Assembly: GCA_963664815.2 (NCBI GenBank)
Contig: CAXXHB010000003.1
Span: 2,720,001 to 2,784,000, forward strand
Direction: 5' to 3'
Source of the DNA: Spirochaetota bacterium
GTDB taxonomy: Bacteria > Spirochaetota > UBA4802 > UBA5550
DNA: 64,000 nt
Shown here: in pieces, positions 1-10,542 of the stretch
How positions within the stretch are numbered: the first letter of the stretch is position 1
Layout of the letters: each line of letters opens with the position of its first letter
The notes under the pieces: generated by a model
Told to the model about the DNA's origin: nothing
The model's input: only the letters and a program-made list of their open reading frames with translations
Databases searched by the model: none
Translations under genes and position numbers: made by a program

Positions 1-1169
1 TTCGTTGTAACATTACTATATTGTTCAACGCCATCAACGGTTATTTTTATGCCTGTCATGGCATATGATGCGACAAGACCGGTCAGATTTTTCGAAGATG
101 CAAATGAAGAGGTAATTGTTTTTGCACTTTCATCAATAACAGCCGTTTCGCCGTCAAGTTTATATTGCGTTATAGCCTTTGCATCGCTCTTCGCAACAGT
201 TACTTTTACGACATATGGATTAACATCGCCGTTCTCGGCAGTAACAACATATTCCACATCGCCGGAAAAATTATTCTCTGTTTCTGATGTTTTCTGAACA
301 ACTTCATTTACCCTGACACTGAAACCCGTGGTCTCAAAGAACGCCTTCAGCAGGAAGCTTGTTGTTCCGTATGGAAGCTCAACAGTAATTGTATTACCTG
401 AGAACACACCGGTGATATCCACTCCAAGCGATGGATTATCACTCTTTTTAAACCCGAATGATGTCATTGATTTAGCCGTATCTTTAAGGAGTGATACTGT
501 TACATTGTACTCTTTCACTGACAGATCTTCCGCTGTAACTGTGTATTTGACTGTCGGGGCAAAATCATTTTCTGTCACCCCGCTCGTCTGAATTGTATCT
601 CCTACAGTAACTTTTTTTCCCGCAGTTTCAAATATTGCTTTTAAAGAAGCACATGAAGTTTTGGCAGGTAATTCAACAGAAATTGTTCCTGCCGATTCAT
701 CTATAGTTCCGGCTATTCCGTTTAATGAAAAAGCTGTTATACTTTTTTCGTTTGATGGAGCTTTTACCACAACAACCGAGTAAACGCGTTTATCACCATT
801 TTCCGCTGTTACGGTATATTCAAGAGAGTTTGTAAAATTATTGGGAGTTACACCGCTGTCCTGCAGAATCTCATTTACTTTGACTGTCCCTCCATTAATC
901 GTAAATTCCGCGACAAGCGATATTACAACTGTCTTATTAGGAACATTAAGCGTAATTACCGAATCCTTAATTACGCCTGTCACATCTCCTGACAGACCTG
1001 AGTTTTTTGATCCGGGAAAGGTAAAACTTACAATTTCATTATTCCCCGAAGAAAATCGCGGATACTGTTCGGTAGTTCCGTCACCACTTCCCGAACCGCC
1101 GCTGCTGCCGCCGCAGCCGGCTGCCATTATGGAGATAAAAACAAGTAAACCTGCCAAAATATTTTTCAC
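1..1169 (-). CDS. Surface lipoprotein with tandem Ig-like (DUF5018-type) repeats; runs off the window edge
   Basis: Not in ORF track. GGAGGT RBS then GTG at 1169; MKNILAGLLVFISIMAAGC lipobox, Gly/Ser linker, repeated ...YTVTAE(N/D)...Y.V.V units; open to position 1. Confidence 0.8.
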   Translation of the reverse strand, partial: MKNILAGLLVFISIMAAGCGGSSGGSGSGDGTTEQYPRFSSGNNEIVSFTFPGSKNSGLSGDVTGVIKDSVITLNVPNKTVVISLVAEFTINGGTVKVNEILQDSGVTPNNFTNSLEYTVTAENGDKRVYSVVVVKAPSNEKSITAFSLNGIAGTIDESAGTISVELPAKTSCASLKAIFETAGKKVTVGDTIQTSGVTENDFAPTVKYTVTAEDLSVKEYNVTVSLLKDTAKSMTSFGFKKSDNPSLGVDITGVFSGNTITVELPYGTTSFLLKAFFETTGFSVRVNEVVQKTSETENNFSGDVEYVVTAENGDVNPYVVKVTVAKSDAKAITQYKLDGETAVIDESAKTITSSFASSKNLTGLVASYAMTGIKITVDGVEQYSNVTT

Positions 1170-1428
1170 GCCAGTACCTCCGGAGAAACTCTATACATAA
1201 TTCAATCAGCATTCATTATTATTATAAAACCGGTTTTCCATATGTAACAGTAATATATAGAAATTCATTCTATTTTCGGTTTTTTGTTAAAAGGAAATTA
1301 ACGATTTAAATACCCATTTTTAAAAAATTGTCTTATAAGCTGATTTATCGGTCTTCTGATGATTTCAATTCTATAAAATAGTTGATGTTTTATAAACATT
1401 AAATACTTTAATACTGCAGGTTAAACAT

Positions 1429-2766
1429 ATGTCATCAGCCATATTAATAAAAAAAATATCACTCTCAGGAACAATTGTCATGACAGTTTGTTTTGCTCTT
1501 TTCCTGACATCAGCCGGATGTATGTTCAGTGATGTTGTAAAAAACGGCAGCCCTGAAGAGATATATTCAGCTGTTAAAAAAGGTGCTGATGTAAACGAAA
1601 TATCCGGTTCGGGTGAAACCCCTCTTCTATGTGCCATAAGATATAACAGAAAACCCTATGAAGCCTCTCTTATTCTTGTAAATTCCGGATCAGATATCAA
1701 CAGACCTGACAATAACGGATACACTCCCCTCCACTGCGCAGTGCAAACTACTGACAGCAATGATGCTTTGAGGATTGCAGAACTGCTTCTTGAGCATGAA
1801 GCGAATGTGAATGCCCGCGGCGGGTTTGACAATTCCACACCCTTAATGAACGCGGTATCAAGGTCGGACGGCTTAAAAATCGTCGAACTACTGATAAAAT
1901 ACGGGGCAGATTTAAGGATTCCTGATTCGCGGAATGAATCTGCTCTTCATTATGCCGCATCAGCCAATGGAGCAGGGGATATTATCACTCTTCTCATAAA
2001 ACATGGAGCCGATGTTAATTCAGGTGCTCCGTCATATTCTCCGCTCCACAGGGCTTCATATTCAGGAGCAGCGGAAAATATTAAAATTCTGCTGGCACAT
2101 AATGCCTTAATTAATATAAAGGGTGCTGCCAGCGAATCTAAAACCCCGCTTGAAACTGCCGTTGATGCAAAGCACTTTGACTGCGCTAAAATACTTATAG
2201 AAAACGGAGCCGATATTAATACTGAGAGCTATTACAACTACCAGCCGTTCAAATACAGGAACAACAGTCAGACATATCTCAACAAGCTTACTCATGTTGA
2301 TCTTGACACAATTCAGTTCGAGAGGATGACTCCTCTGCATCGCGCCGTTACCCATAACAGCTTCTCTTTTGTCGAATACCTGTTAATTAAAGGAGCAAAG
2401 ACCGGGAAGGATGCTCATTTCGGAGGATATGCACTTGACTTTGCATTTTTTCTCAACTACTATGATATTGCCGAACTTCTGATTAAATATAAAGCTCCAT
2501 CGCTATTTGCTGATATATATCTCAATGATGCTGTCGAAGAAAAGAATCTTAAGAAGGTTGAGCTTCTTTTAAGGGCGGGTGCAGATGTAAAACATAAAAA
2601 CTTCACAGGAGATACGTCACTGCATCTTGCGTCAAAAAACGGTGATATTGAAATGGTAAAACTCCTTCTGAAGCATAAAGCCGACATTTCCACTAAAGGG
2701 AGCAATGGTAAAACACCTGCTGATATCGCTGCAGACGATGAAATACGGAAACTGCTCAAACCTTAA
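1429..2766 (+). CDS. Ankyrin-repeat protein, possible lipoprotein
   Basis: About 10 G.TPLH.A...LL..GADVN repeats; hydrophobic N-terminus ending SAGC. Confidence 0.92.
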   Translation: MSSAILIKKISLSGTIVMTVCFALFLTSAGCMFSDVVKNGSPEEIYSAVKKGADVNEISGSGETPLLCAIRYNRKPYEASLILVNSGSDINRPDNNGYTPLHCAVQTTDSNDALRIAELLLEHEANVNARGGFDNSTPLMNAVSRSDGLKIVELLIKYGADLRIPDSRNESALHYAASANGAGDIITLLIKHGADVNSGAPSYSPLHRASYSGAAENIKILLAHNALINIKGAASESKTPLETAVDAKHFDCAKILIENGADINTESYYNYQPFKYRNNSQTYLNKLTHVDLDTIQFERMTPLHRAVTHNSFSFVEYLLIKGAKTGKDAHFGGYALDFAFFLNYYDIAELLIKYKAPSLFADIYLNDAVEEKNLKKVELLLRAGADVKHKNFTGDTSLHLASKNGDIEMVKLLLKHKADISTKGSNGKTPADIAADDEIRKLLKP

Positions 2767-2835
2767 TTTCTTGACATATTCCCGGCCGGTTAAATATTGT
2801 TGTAAATAATTTTTAATTCATGGATATATTAGATT

Positions 2836-4431
2836 TTGAAATCAGTAATTAAAAAACCACTATCCAGATGGTGGAGTGATGCTAAAGAGCACTACCACCC
2901 GGATGAAATAGTCAGGTATCTCCAGAATAACAAAAACCTGCTTGAAGATTATATTTCAAAACTGGATAATAATAAATATCTGTACAGATGGATACATAAG
3001 CTCTTTTCTCTAATCTCAGGTGTAGCATCTATCGCAGACTGGATATTAAGACAGGTCCAGCGTGTTCTGCTTCTTTTCCCCGGAATAAGATTTCTGATTC
3101 AAAAATTTTCAGACTGGAAAAACCATTTAAATTTTAACGAGTTCGTCGAGTTTTTAAGGGCAAAGATATATTCTCTGCGTCACCCTCCGCATAATGAAGG
3201 TGATCTAAGAGCTGTCGAAGAGATTATTGATTTTGCATCAAAACATGGATTCGACTACAAAACCCGTATACCGCATATACAGAAACGCTTTCTTGAAAAG
3301 AAAAACCAGTTAATGCAGCACAAGTTTTTTCAGGAATTTTCCAAGTCTGCCCTTGAAAGACTCCTGGCAATACAGTTTTCCTTCAATCGCAACATTTTCC
3401 CCGTGCTTCCGGATTCAGCCTTCTGGCATAAAATATTTGAATTTTGTGAAAAAAGAGAGATAATTGATGTAATCCTGGTAGACAGGAACAGGAAAAGAAC
3501 ATCGTTCAAAAAATCCAGCCGTGAAGAACTCGAGTCCACTGATGTAATAAAAACTCTTCAGCTTCTTCTTAAAATAAAGGAGAGCGGACGGCGTATTTTT
3601 TTTGTCGGCCACCACGAAGGTTACCTCGGCCCGTACTTTGTCAGGAGTGTGGTACGCAAACTCGGTTTTGACAGTCTCACAAGAAACTGCAATACTGTAG
3701 TAGGGCCGCGGATGTTCTCCAATGTAGTATTACGCAACGGCGCCGCCAATGTTGGTAATCTCTTTATAACCGTTCCTTCACAGAAAACAACAGTCATACA
3801 GACCCATGGCCTTGCCGAGGAACTAAGGAAAACCGCTAAAAGAACACAGGTACTTATAAAGATGCCCGATTCCTGCCTGAAACTTATCAAAAAATTTGAT
3901 TTTAAAGACTTTATGAATGCCTTTGTTTTCGGGAATGATGATACATTTAAATTATACACATCGTCCCTCTCCCCGAAAGAGATTAAGGAGATCAAAACTT
4001 TTTTCAAATCATACAATTTCCAGGAATCAATGAATGAATTCTGCATGGAGGACTATGACCTCTTTAAAAACGCCATGGGTGAGAGTTTTCTTATATTCCC
4101 CGAAGGATCGCGGTCATATATTGATCCTGACGGCGCCGTAGTAATGAAGTATATCAACCCTAAATACTTCGATGCATACATGAGACCTGGTGACTATATT
4201 GCACCAATTAACCTTGTAGGCGGATCGGACCTTACAAAAGGATGGAAACTCAGAAAAGCCACAATGGGTATTTCAATGGATATACCTTTTGAAGTAACAC
4301 CTAAAATGATGAAAAACTACGAAGAATCCGGACTAGCCGTAATGAAAAAAATTGCTGCTCTCCCTAATATAAAAGAAGTGAGATTCAAAGAGGAGATCCA
4401 GTTTAAAAAAAGATCTGATGAAGAAGACTGA
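2836..4431 (+). CDS. PlsC/GPAT-like glycerolipid acyltransferase with long N-terminal extension
   Basis: IFPEGSRS block III; block I position reads VGHHEGYLG. Confidence 0.65.
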   Translation: MKSVIKKPLSRWWSDAKEHYHPDEIVRYLQNNKNLLEDYISKLDNNKYLYRWIHKLFSLISGVASIADWILRQVQRVLLLFPGIRFLIQKFSDWKNHLNFNEFVEFLRAKIYSLRHPPHNEGDLRAVEEIIDFASKHGFDYKTRIPHIQKRFLEKKNQLMQHKFFQEFSKSALERLLAIQFSFNRNIFPVLPDSAFWHKIFEFCEKREIIDVILVDRNRKRTSFKKSSREELESTDVIKTLQLLLKIKESGRRIFFVGHHEGYLGPYFVRSVVRKLGFDSLTRNCNTVVGPRMFSNVVLRNGAANVGNLFITVPSQKTTVIQTHGLAEELRKTAKRTQVLIKMPDSCLKLIKKFDFKDFMNAFVFGNDDTFKLYTSSLSPKEIKEIKTFFKSYNFQESMNEFCMEDYDLFKNAMGESFLIFPEGSRSYIDPDGAVVMKYINPKYFDAYMRPGDYIAPINLVGGSDLTKGWKLRKATMGISMDIPFEVTPKMMKNYEESGLAVMKKIAALPNIKEVRFKEEIQFKKRSDEED

Positions 4432-4533
4432 AAATGACTTCAATATTAATCTGGAACTGATATTCAATACAAAAGATTTCTTAAACAGCAACATCATATC
4501 CTATAGATTTTTATAATATAAAATCCGTCTTAA

Positions 4534-6096
4534 CTATGAAATAGTAAGGTTAAATTTTACTGAAATCTGGTTTATTAAATTCAGGTAGCTTTTTACAAAC
4601 ATTTCAACCGGATCAACACCGTAAGATTCATCAGAATAGATAATCCCCTCATATTCTGCAGTAATAGAAAACAATCCGGAAGAACCGGAACCCACACCAG
4701 ATGTCGTAAAGGTATAATGTAAAATATCAATTTTTATACTGAACAGCCGTTTTAAAGCAGCAATAACAGAATCCCATATATTACTGCCCTCTGAAGTATT
4801 TTTTTTACGATCTCCATAGATTGATGTCACCTCCAATGAAACATTAAAAATATTTTCTTTTGATTTAATTACTGAATAACTGCATGAATGGAGATACCAT
4901 ATATTACTATTAATAATCCCCTCTTCAAACAGCATTGTAATGATATCAGTGGTCGTTACACATTTTACTTTGTCTGCCATATTTTTAAACTCATTCAGGA
5001 ACTCAATGTCTTCCGTATTTATAATATTATCTCCGGTAAGTTCATTTATCATTGCATTAAATCCGCTTATTCCTGAGTGATGTGAAAAAATAAATTTATG
5101 GGGAGGGTATCCATAATCCTCCGGATTAAGAATTGAATATGTTATTGCAGATGTAAAAATCCCATTCTGGTGTATTCCTGAACTATGTGTAAATATATTT
5201 CTCCCTGCAACCGGTTTATTTGGTGAAATTGATATTCCGGTACAGCTTGTCAGGGTTCTTACAGCTTCGGCAAATCCTCTCATATTTAACGCAGTTTTAA
5301 ATCTCCCGTAATAATCACCCCGTGCGGTTAAAACAGCAGCTATTTCCTCAAGAGGTGCATTTCCTCCTCTCTCTCCTATACCAAGAAGTGTTACTTCCGC
5401 CTGCATGGCCCCTGAGGATAACCCCGCAAGAGTGTTGGCAACTGCAAGCCCAATGTCATTATGACAATGTACACTTAAACGTGATCTCCCCTTTTTAAAT
5501 GCATTTACATTATTATACAACATATAGATAAGCGAATAATATTCTGAAGGTTGTGCATAACCAACCGTATCGGCTATATTTACAACATCAGCCCCGGCTT
5601 TTGTTACCATTTCGCAGAATTCCAGCAGAAATTCTGGTTCTGTACGTGTTGCATCCTCTGCGCTGATCTCTACATAATCAGCAAATTCTGAAGCACACTG
5701 AACAGCATCAACAGCCATCCTTTCAATTTCGCTCCTGCTTTTACGAAGCTTCATCCTCCTGTGTATCGGCGATGTAGCTATTGATGTATGAATATATCTA
5801 TGTCTGGCATTATGTATGGCTTCACCGGCTTTTTTTATATCTTCAGTTTTTGCCATGGCCATAACAGATACAGCAGCGGTCTCCAGAGATTCTGCAACTC
5901 TCTGTACGGCAGAAAACTGCCCCGGCGACGATGCAGGAAAACCAACTTCAATAATGTCAACACCCAGTTTTTCAATATATCCCGCCATGACTATTTTTTC
6001 ATCAGGGCTGAATGAATATCCCGGTGACTGGTCTCCATCGCGCAGAGTAGTATCAAGAATAATTATTCTTCTTTCATTTTCATTCATAAAACTCAC
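4534..6096 (-). CDS. leuA: 2-isopropylmalate synthase family (DRE-TIM) with C-terminal regulatory domain; start may be 6087
   Basis: DTTLRDG, IADTVG, HCHNDIG, GIGERGGNA, HSSGIHQ motifs. Confidence 0.85.
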   Translation of the reverse strand: MSFMNENERRIIILDTTLRDGDQSPGYSFSPDEKIVMAGYIEKLGVDIIEVGFPASSPGQFSAVQRVAESLETAAVSVMAMAKTEDIKKAGEAIHNARHRYIHTSIATSPIHRRMKLRKSRSEIERMAVDAVQCASEFADYVEISAEDATRTEPEFLLEFCEMVTKAGADVVNIADTVGYAQPSEYYSLIYMLYNNVNAFKKGRSRLSVHCHNDIGLAVANTLAGLSSGAMQAEVTLLGIGERGGNAPLEEIAAVLTARGDYYGRFKTALNMRGFAEAVRTLTSCTGISISPNKPVAGRNIFTHSSGIHQNGIFTSAITYSILNPEDYGYPPHKFIFSHHSGISGFNAMINELTGDNIINTEDIEFLNEFKNMADKVKCVTTTDIITMLFEEGIINSNIWYLHSCSYSVIKSKENIFNVSLEVTSIYGDRKKNTSEGSNIWDSVIAALKRLFSIKIDILHYTFTTSGVGSGSSGLFSITAEYEGIIYSDESYGVDPVEMFVKSYLNLINQISVKFNLTIS

Positions 6097-6361
6097 CTGA
6101 ATCCGGAATTAACATAGTTGGCTCAAGCACCCTTTCAATAAATTTGATTAAAACACGGCATCTTCACGACCTGGTTCATTACGTTAACTAACATCCACCG
6201 GACAAAAAAACTGCAGACTGTTCATAATACATATCTCCTGTAAAATTTTAATCAGTACCAGCAATACATTACGTAAAAGAATCCATGCCTGATATTATAT
6301 GGCAGAATAGCCGCGTCTCATAAAACATACAGACCTCCAAAATCATCTTCTTAATAGTAAT

Positions 6362-6377
6362 TGCAATAATCGTGCCA
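6362..6377 (-). promoter_or_regulatory. Sigma54 -24/-12 promoter facing the leuA-type gene
   Basis: Minus strand TGGCAC-GATTA-TTGCA equals consensus TGGCAC-N5-TTGCW. Confidence 0.8.
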
Positions 6378-6769
6378 ATAGTCATACATAACGTTCAAAA
6401 ACCGTCAGACCATTGCACTCCGGTTATATTTAACAAAAACGCCGTACATATAATCATGATTTTCGATAATTATACCTTTATTAAACCATACATTGAGTTC
6501 AGCCTGATCATTCATTCGTAAAGAGACATGGCCGGTTTAAACAGGTTTAACTGAATTTGTACATAACTGTTTTTTTTATGAGGATATATCACATTATTGT
6601 TTTTTTTATCAACGGACCGGCATATTGTCATTACTTTGCACTTCCTTTTCGATGAATGAAACTACAGGCAACTATTTACTGATCATGATATTTTTTATTG
6701 TTGCGAACAATTATGTAGTAATAAACCGTGTAATATCGCAAATCAGCATGCAACAGGACAGACCATTAA

Positions 6770-7567
6770 ATGATGAGAATATGCAGCATAGCAAGCAGCA
6801 GCAGCGGAAACTGCATATACGTGGGGACAGAAAGCACCCATGTACTTATTGATACGGGGATCAGCGGTAAAAAACTTAAAGCCGGCCTCGGGATAATAAA
6901 CCTTGATCCCTGTGGTATAGATGCGATACTTGTAACACATGAACACTCAGATCATATTAAAGGACTCGGCGTTGCGGCAAGAAAATACAGTATACCAATA
7001 TATTCCACAGCCCGTACATGGGAAAGGATTATATCTTCGGGACTGACAGGCGCTATTGATGAAAAGCTCTTCCATGAAATCACACCCGATACCGATTTCA
7101 GAATTAAAGATCTTGTAATACACCCCTTCACCACATCACACGATGCCGTTCAGCCTGTATGCTATACGTTCACCTGTAATTTGAAAAAAATAAGCGTCGC
7201 CACTGACCTTGGATGCTTCGACAGCTATATAACTGAGAAGCTTAAAGACTCAAACATTCTTTTTATAGAAGCAAACCATGACATTGATATGCTTCAAAAC
7301 GGACTTTACCCTTACTATCTCAAGAAAAGAATACTGGGGGACAAAGGGCACCTCTCCAACAGGATGTCCGGCAGGCTTATATCTGAAGTAATGAGCAAAA
7401 AACTGCAGTATGTCATGCTGGGGCATTTGAGCAGGGAAAACAATCTCCCTGAAATTGCATACAATTCGGTTCTTGAGGAACTTATCGCAGCTGATTCAGA
7501 GCACTTACCCGGAATAAGGCTTATTGTTTCCGAAAGGGAAGAGATCACGGAACCTGTTACAATTTAG
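6770..7567 (+). CDS. MBL-fold metallohydrolase, YycJ/WalJ-like
   Basis: SSSSGNC, THEHSDH, SHDA, TDLG, EANHD, GHLSN, HLSRENN. Confidence 0.9.
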   Translation: MMRICSIASSSSGNCIYVGTESTHVLIDTGISGKKLKAGLGIINLDPCGIDAILVTHEHSDHIKGLGVAARKYSIPIYSTARTWERIISSGLTGAIDEKLFHEITPDTDFRIKDLVIHPFTTSHDAVQPVCYTFTCNLKKISVATDLGCFDSYITEKLKDSNILFIEANHDIDMLQNGLYPYYLKKRILGDKGHLSNRMSGRLISEVMSKKLQYVMLGHLSRENNLPEIAYNSVLEELIAADSEHLPGIRLIVSEREEITEPVTI

Positions 7568-7568
7568 T

Positions 7569-8477
7569 TCAGGCAGGGATATATACCCCATCCCTTTCTG
7601 TCACCCTCCCCTCCTCCATGAGAATGGAAATATTTTCGGCAGCCATATGCTCCTCAAATGCGTACTGGATCTTCAGATCCATAAACCTGTTATTATAGAA
7701 AGGAGATCCTGCTGCAATCTCGTGCAGGGTTTTTCCGCTGCCGATAAACCTCAGAATTTCATTCTTTTGCCGTTCAAAAGCAGCGAGATATGCTTCAAAA
7801 CGCGGTGTTGAGTCACCTTCATACGGCGGTTTGTGTGATGTGCAAATCCTTTTGTAGGGAAAAGACATTATCTTTTTAACGCTGGCGATGAACGGTTTTA
7901 TCCGTCCCTCGGGATTTCCATACCAGGGACCGAATGAGGTGAAATCAATATCGGTAGATATTAATGTACCTGAGATATGTTCAAAAAAACAGTAGTGGTC
8001 ATCAAGGTGCCCGGGCGTATGGACAGTTTCAATGCGCGCGCTGCCGATATCTATTATATTGCCGTCTGAGAATCGGCTATCCGGTTCACGGAGCGGTCTG
8101 ATGCCCAGTGTTTTGCCTATGGCCTCCACCCAGTAAAGCCCTCTCTCCCTTGTGCCGACATAGCGTTCACCCAGCAACTCGAGGTTATAGACACTGTCAG
8201 GCATCTCCTTCGGAGCAATAATCTCTCTGTGTGAAAGAACAAACCATCGTCTTATATGATCGGGATGTGAGTGTGATATTAAAAGAGTATCAATTCCTAT
8301 CTCGCGGTCTATACTGATTATAAAATCTTCGTCCGCTCCGGCATCTATCAGAATATTTTTATTCCCGGTAAACAGAAATCCGTGCGAATACGGGAACTGT
8401 CCGTTTTTCGGCGCCGTTACCTGCCAGACATTATCAGCTACTTTGAGCAGGCGGTTATCGTTAAATAGATTCATCAC
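7569..8477 (-). CDS. MBL-fold metallohydrolase
   Basis: SHSHPDH, HTPGH, D, TSH motifs. Confidence 0.88.
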   Translation of the reverse strand: MMNLFNDNRLLKVADNVWQVTAPKNGQFPYSHGFLFTGNKNILIDAGADEDFIISIDREIGIDTLLISHSHPDHIRRWFVLSHREIIAPKEMPDSVYNLELLGERYVGTRERGLYWVEAIGKTLGIRPLREPDSRFSDGNIIDIGSARIETVHTPGHLDDHYCFFEHISGTLISTDIDFTSFGPWYGNPEGRIKPFIASVKKIMSFPYKRICTSHKPPYEGDSTPRFEAYLAAFERQKNEILRFIGSGKTLHEIAAGSPFYNNRFMDLKIQYAFEEHMAAENISILMEEGRVTERDGVYIPA

Positions 8478-8675
8478 CAGGATTTTTTAACTCTTCTGTT
8501 TATTCTGCAAGAATAATATTATCACAGCTTAAGAAAAATTACACGGTAATTACCTCTGTAATCTCCGGCAGCTCATTTATGAAGAAATATTGCGTTATAC
8601 AGGAATTGTCAAATTTTTAAAAATCATATTCTGATGCGGGTTATTTGAGTGGAAAACATCGGATTCTACCGTCCT

Positions 8676-9203
8676 TCATGAACCGGCGGAATAATTTTTT
8701 GTTATCAGTTCTTTTATTTTTTTTGCCGGATAGCTGAAATCGAGCTGTTCCAGTTCTGTTGTATTCATATTCATATTGGTGATCAATATCTCCCTTTCGG
8801 TTATGTCATCAATACATTCCAGCCTTGCCTCCAGCATCTTAATAAAGAAATTCATTGTTTCCGTAATATTACTGTTACTGCCCCTGCAGAAACCGATCTC
8901 TTTATACTCCATGGTAACCCGGTTTATAATTTCATTATCAATACCTGTCCTGTTCAGATACAGCAGCAGGTTCTCCCTGAAAATATTTGAAATTGAATCA
9001 ACATCATGCCTTTTAATGCCGTAGACAAAAAAAGTGTAAAGTGTACGCTCATTGGTGAAAATGAGATATTTTTTTCTGTTATACCTGAATACATCACAAT
9101 ACCAGTTACCCAGACCTGAATTATCTGCCGGAATATCCTCCGGACTGACAACATCTTCTTTTATCTCTTTCAGAAGATTCTGTGAACAATGTATTATTCT
9201 CAT
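8676..9203 (-). CDS. Hypothetical protein, DUF6933-like
   Basis: LGNWY and IFTNERTLY motifs. Confidence 0.65.
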   Translation of the reverse strand: MRIIHCSQNLLKEIKEDVVSPEDIPADNSGLGNWYCDVFRYNRKKYLIFTNERTLYTFFVYGIKRHDVDSISNIFRENLLLYLNRTGIDNEIINRVTMEYKEIGFCRGSNSNITETMNFFIKMLEARLECIDDITEREILITNMNMNTTELEQLDFSYPAKKIKELITKNYSAGS

Positions 9204-9511
9204 TATATTCTCCCCTGTTCAACGCCGTTTACTTCTATTTTACTCCTGTTCTTAATTCATGTTCTTAATTCATGTTTTTCAAGCTCACTGACAGTCACCG
9301 TTATCACACTGTAAATTTTAATATCTATTTTGTCAAAGGATTTTAAGAAGAAAAGTTCATTCAGCAGAATATGAACGTTTTGTCTATAATAATGCACTTA
9401 CCACGATATAACCTTAAAAGTATCAAGAACTGATATGGAGTTGCCGTATAATACAAAACTGCCGGGAAAAGTGATTATCCGTAAAAAACATACTCCATTA
9501 TACAATCTGTT

Positions 9512-10123
9512 TTAATACTTATGACAATTCTGATTCTGCAGCTCCTGCTTAATGTGTACCAGTTCCAGGGTTATATTGTTAAGCTTTTTTGTAATTTCCT
9601 CATGTCGAATTATCTCCGGTGTCGGCTCCCTGCTGATGAAAGATATTACGCCGTCAGGGTCAAGTATTGCCTCATCAACCTCCGATAATGCCGCAATACC
9701 CTGTTTATGAGCCGCTTCAACAAGTTCCTCAATAGTAATCAGCTCTTTTTTCAGACTATCCGTCTGAATTTTACCATTAACAATAAGCTTATCAGGTTCC
9801 CCTTCAAACAGGCGCTGAAGCCATTTATTATTATAGATCATTTTTATAACAAAATAGTTCAGAAGCAACAGTGTTGCACCGCCGATCATCCCTCCAGACA
9901 ACGAATTATCATTCCCTATTATTGCGTTCTGTACCGCATTCGTAAGGGAGAATAGCACCACCATATCGAAGGGATTCAACTGAGCCATTTCTCTTTTCCC
10001 GGCAAGCCTTAATCCCAGAATAAGCATGAAATATACTGCCGCAGGTCTTAATATTTTTTCAGCAATCCCGATCCCTGGAATTAACATGTCATGAAAATTA
10101 ATTCCGTATAAAATACCGTTCAT
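9512..10123 (-). CDS. DUF421/YetF membrane protein
   Basis: RLAGKREMAQLNPFD, three TM segments, EGEP..LI.NG, AILDPDG.ISF. Confidence 0.9.
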   Translation of the reverse strand: MNGILYGINFHDMLIPGIGIAEKILRPAAVYFMLILGLRLAGKREMAQLNPFDMVVLFSLTNAVQNAIIGNDNSLSGGMIGGATLLLLNYFVIKMIYNNKWLQRLFEGEPDKLIVNGKIQTDSLKKELITIEELVEAAHKQGIAALSEVDEAILDPDGVISFISREPTPEIIRHEEITKKLNNITLELVHIKQELQNQNCHKY

Positions 10124-10452
10124 TTTTTAAACCTCTCATAGTGATTTTTCTGATTTTCTGAATTTAACAATACACGACTTTCAATGTTAATTTCTTTTCA
10201 TACATTTTATTTTAAAATAGACAATTTTATCTCCCCTTCATTGTATGCGGCGGAGAGAATAGAGTATTATCTATTATGCAATGTTCAGGAATTACAATTG
10301 ATTTTATGACCGTTTTAATATCAGTAAAACAATTTTTGCAACATTTATGCCCGGTTTCAGACTAATATAGTAATATTTCTTGCTTAAGACTATATATTAA
10401 TGTCAGATTGTAATTAAGATCAATAATAATTCTTTAGCATATTTTTTATTTC

Positions 10453-10514
10453 AATATATATGCTAAGATATCGCCCCGCCTTTAAAGGCGGGGCGATATC
10501 TTAGCATATATATT
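10453..10514. repeat. Perfect 62-bp palindrome (31-bp arms, no loop)
   Basis: AATATATATGCTAAGATATCGCCCCGCCTTT|AAAGGCGGGGCGATATCTTAGCATATATATT. Confidence 0.95.
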
Positions 10515-10542
10515 CATACTTATTTTACCGGAGGCTGATTCG

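Noticed and set aside
49-1200. Plus-strand ORFs 49, 328, 841
   Set aside because: Antisense shadows of the minus-strand lipoprotein gene.
6269-6328. Leucine attenuator leader peptide
   Set aside because: Only one Leu codon and no clear terminator/antiterminator.
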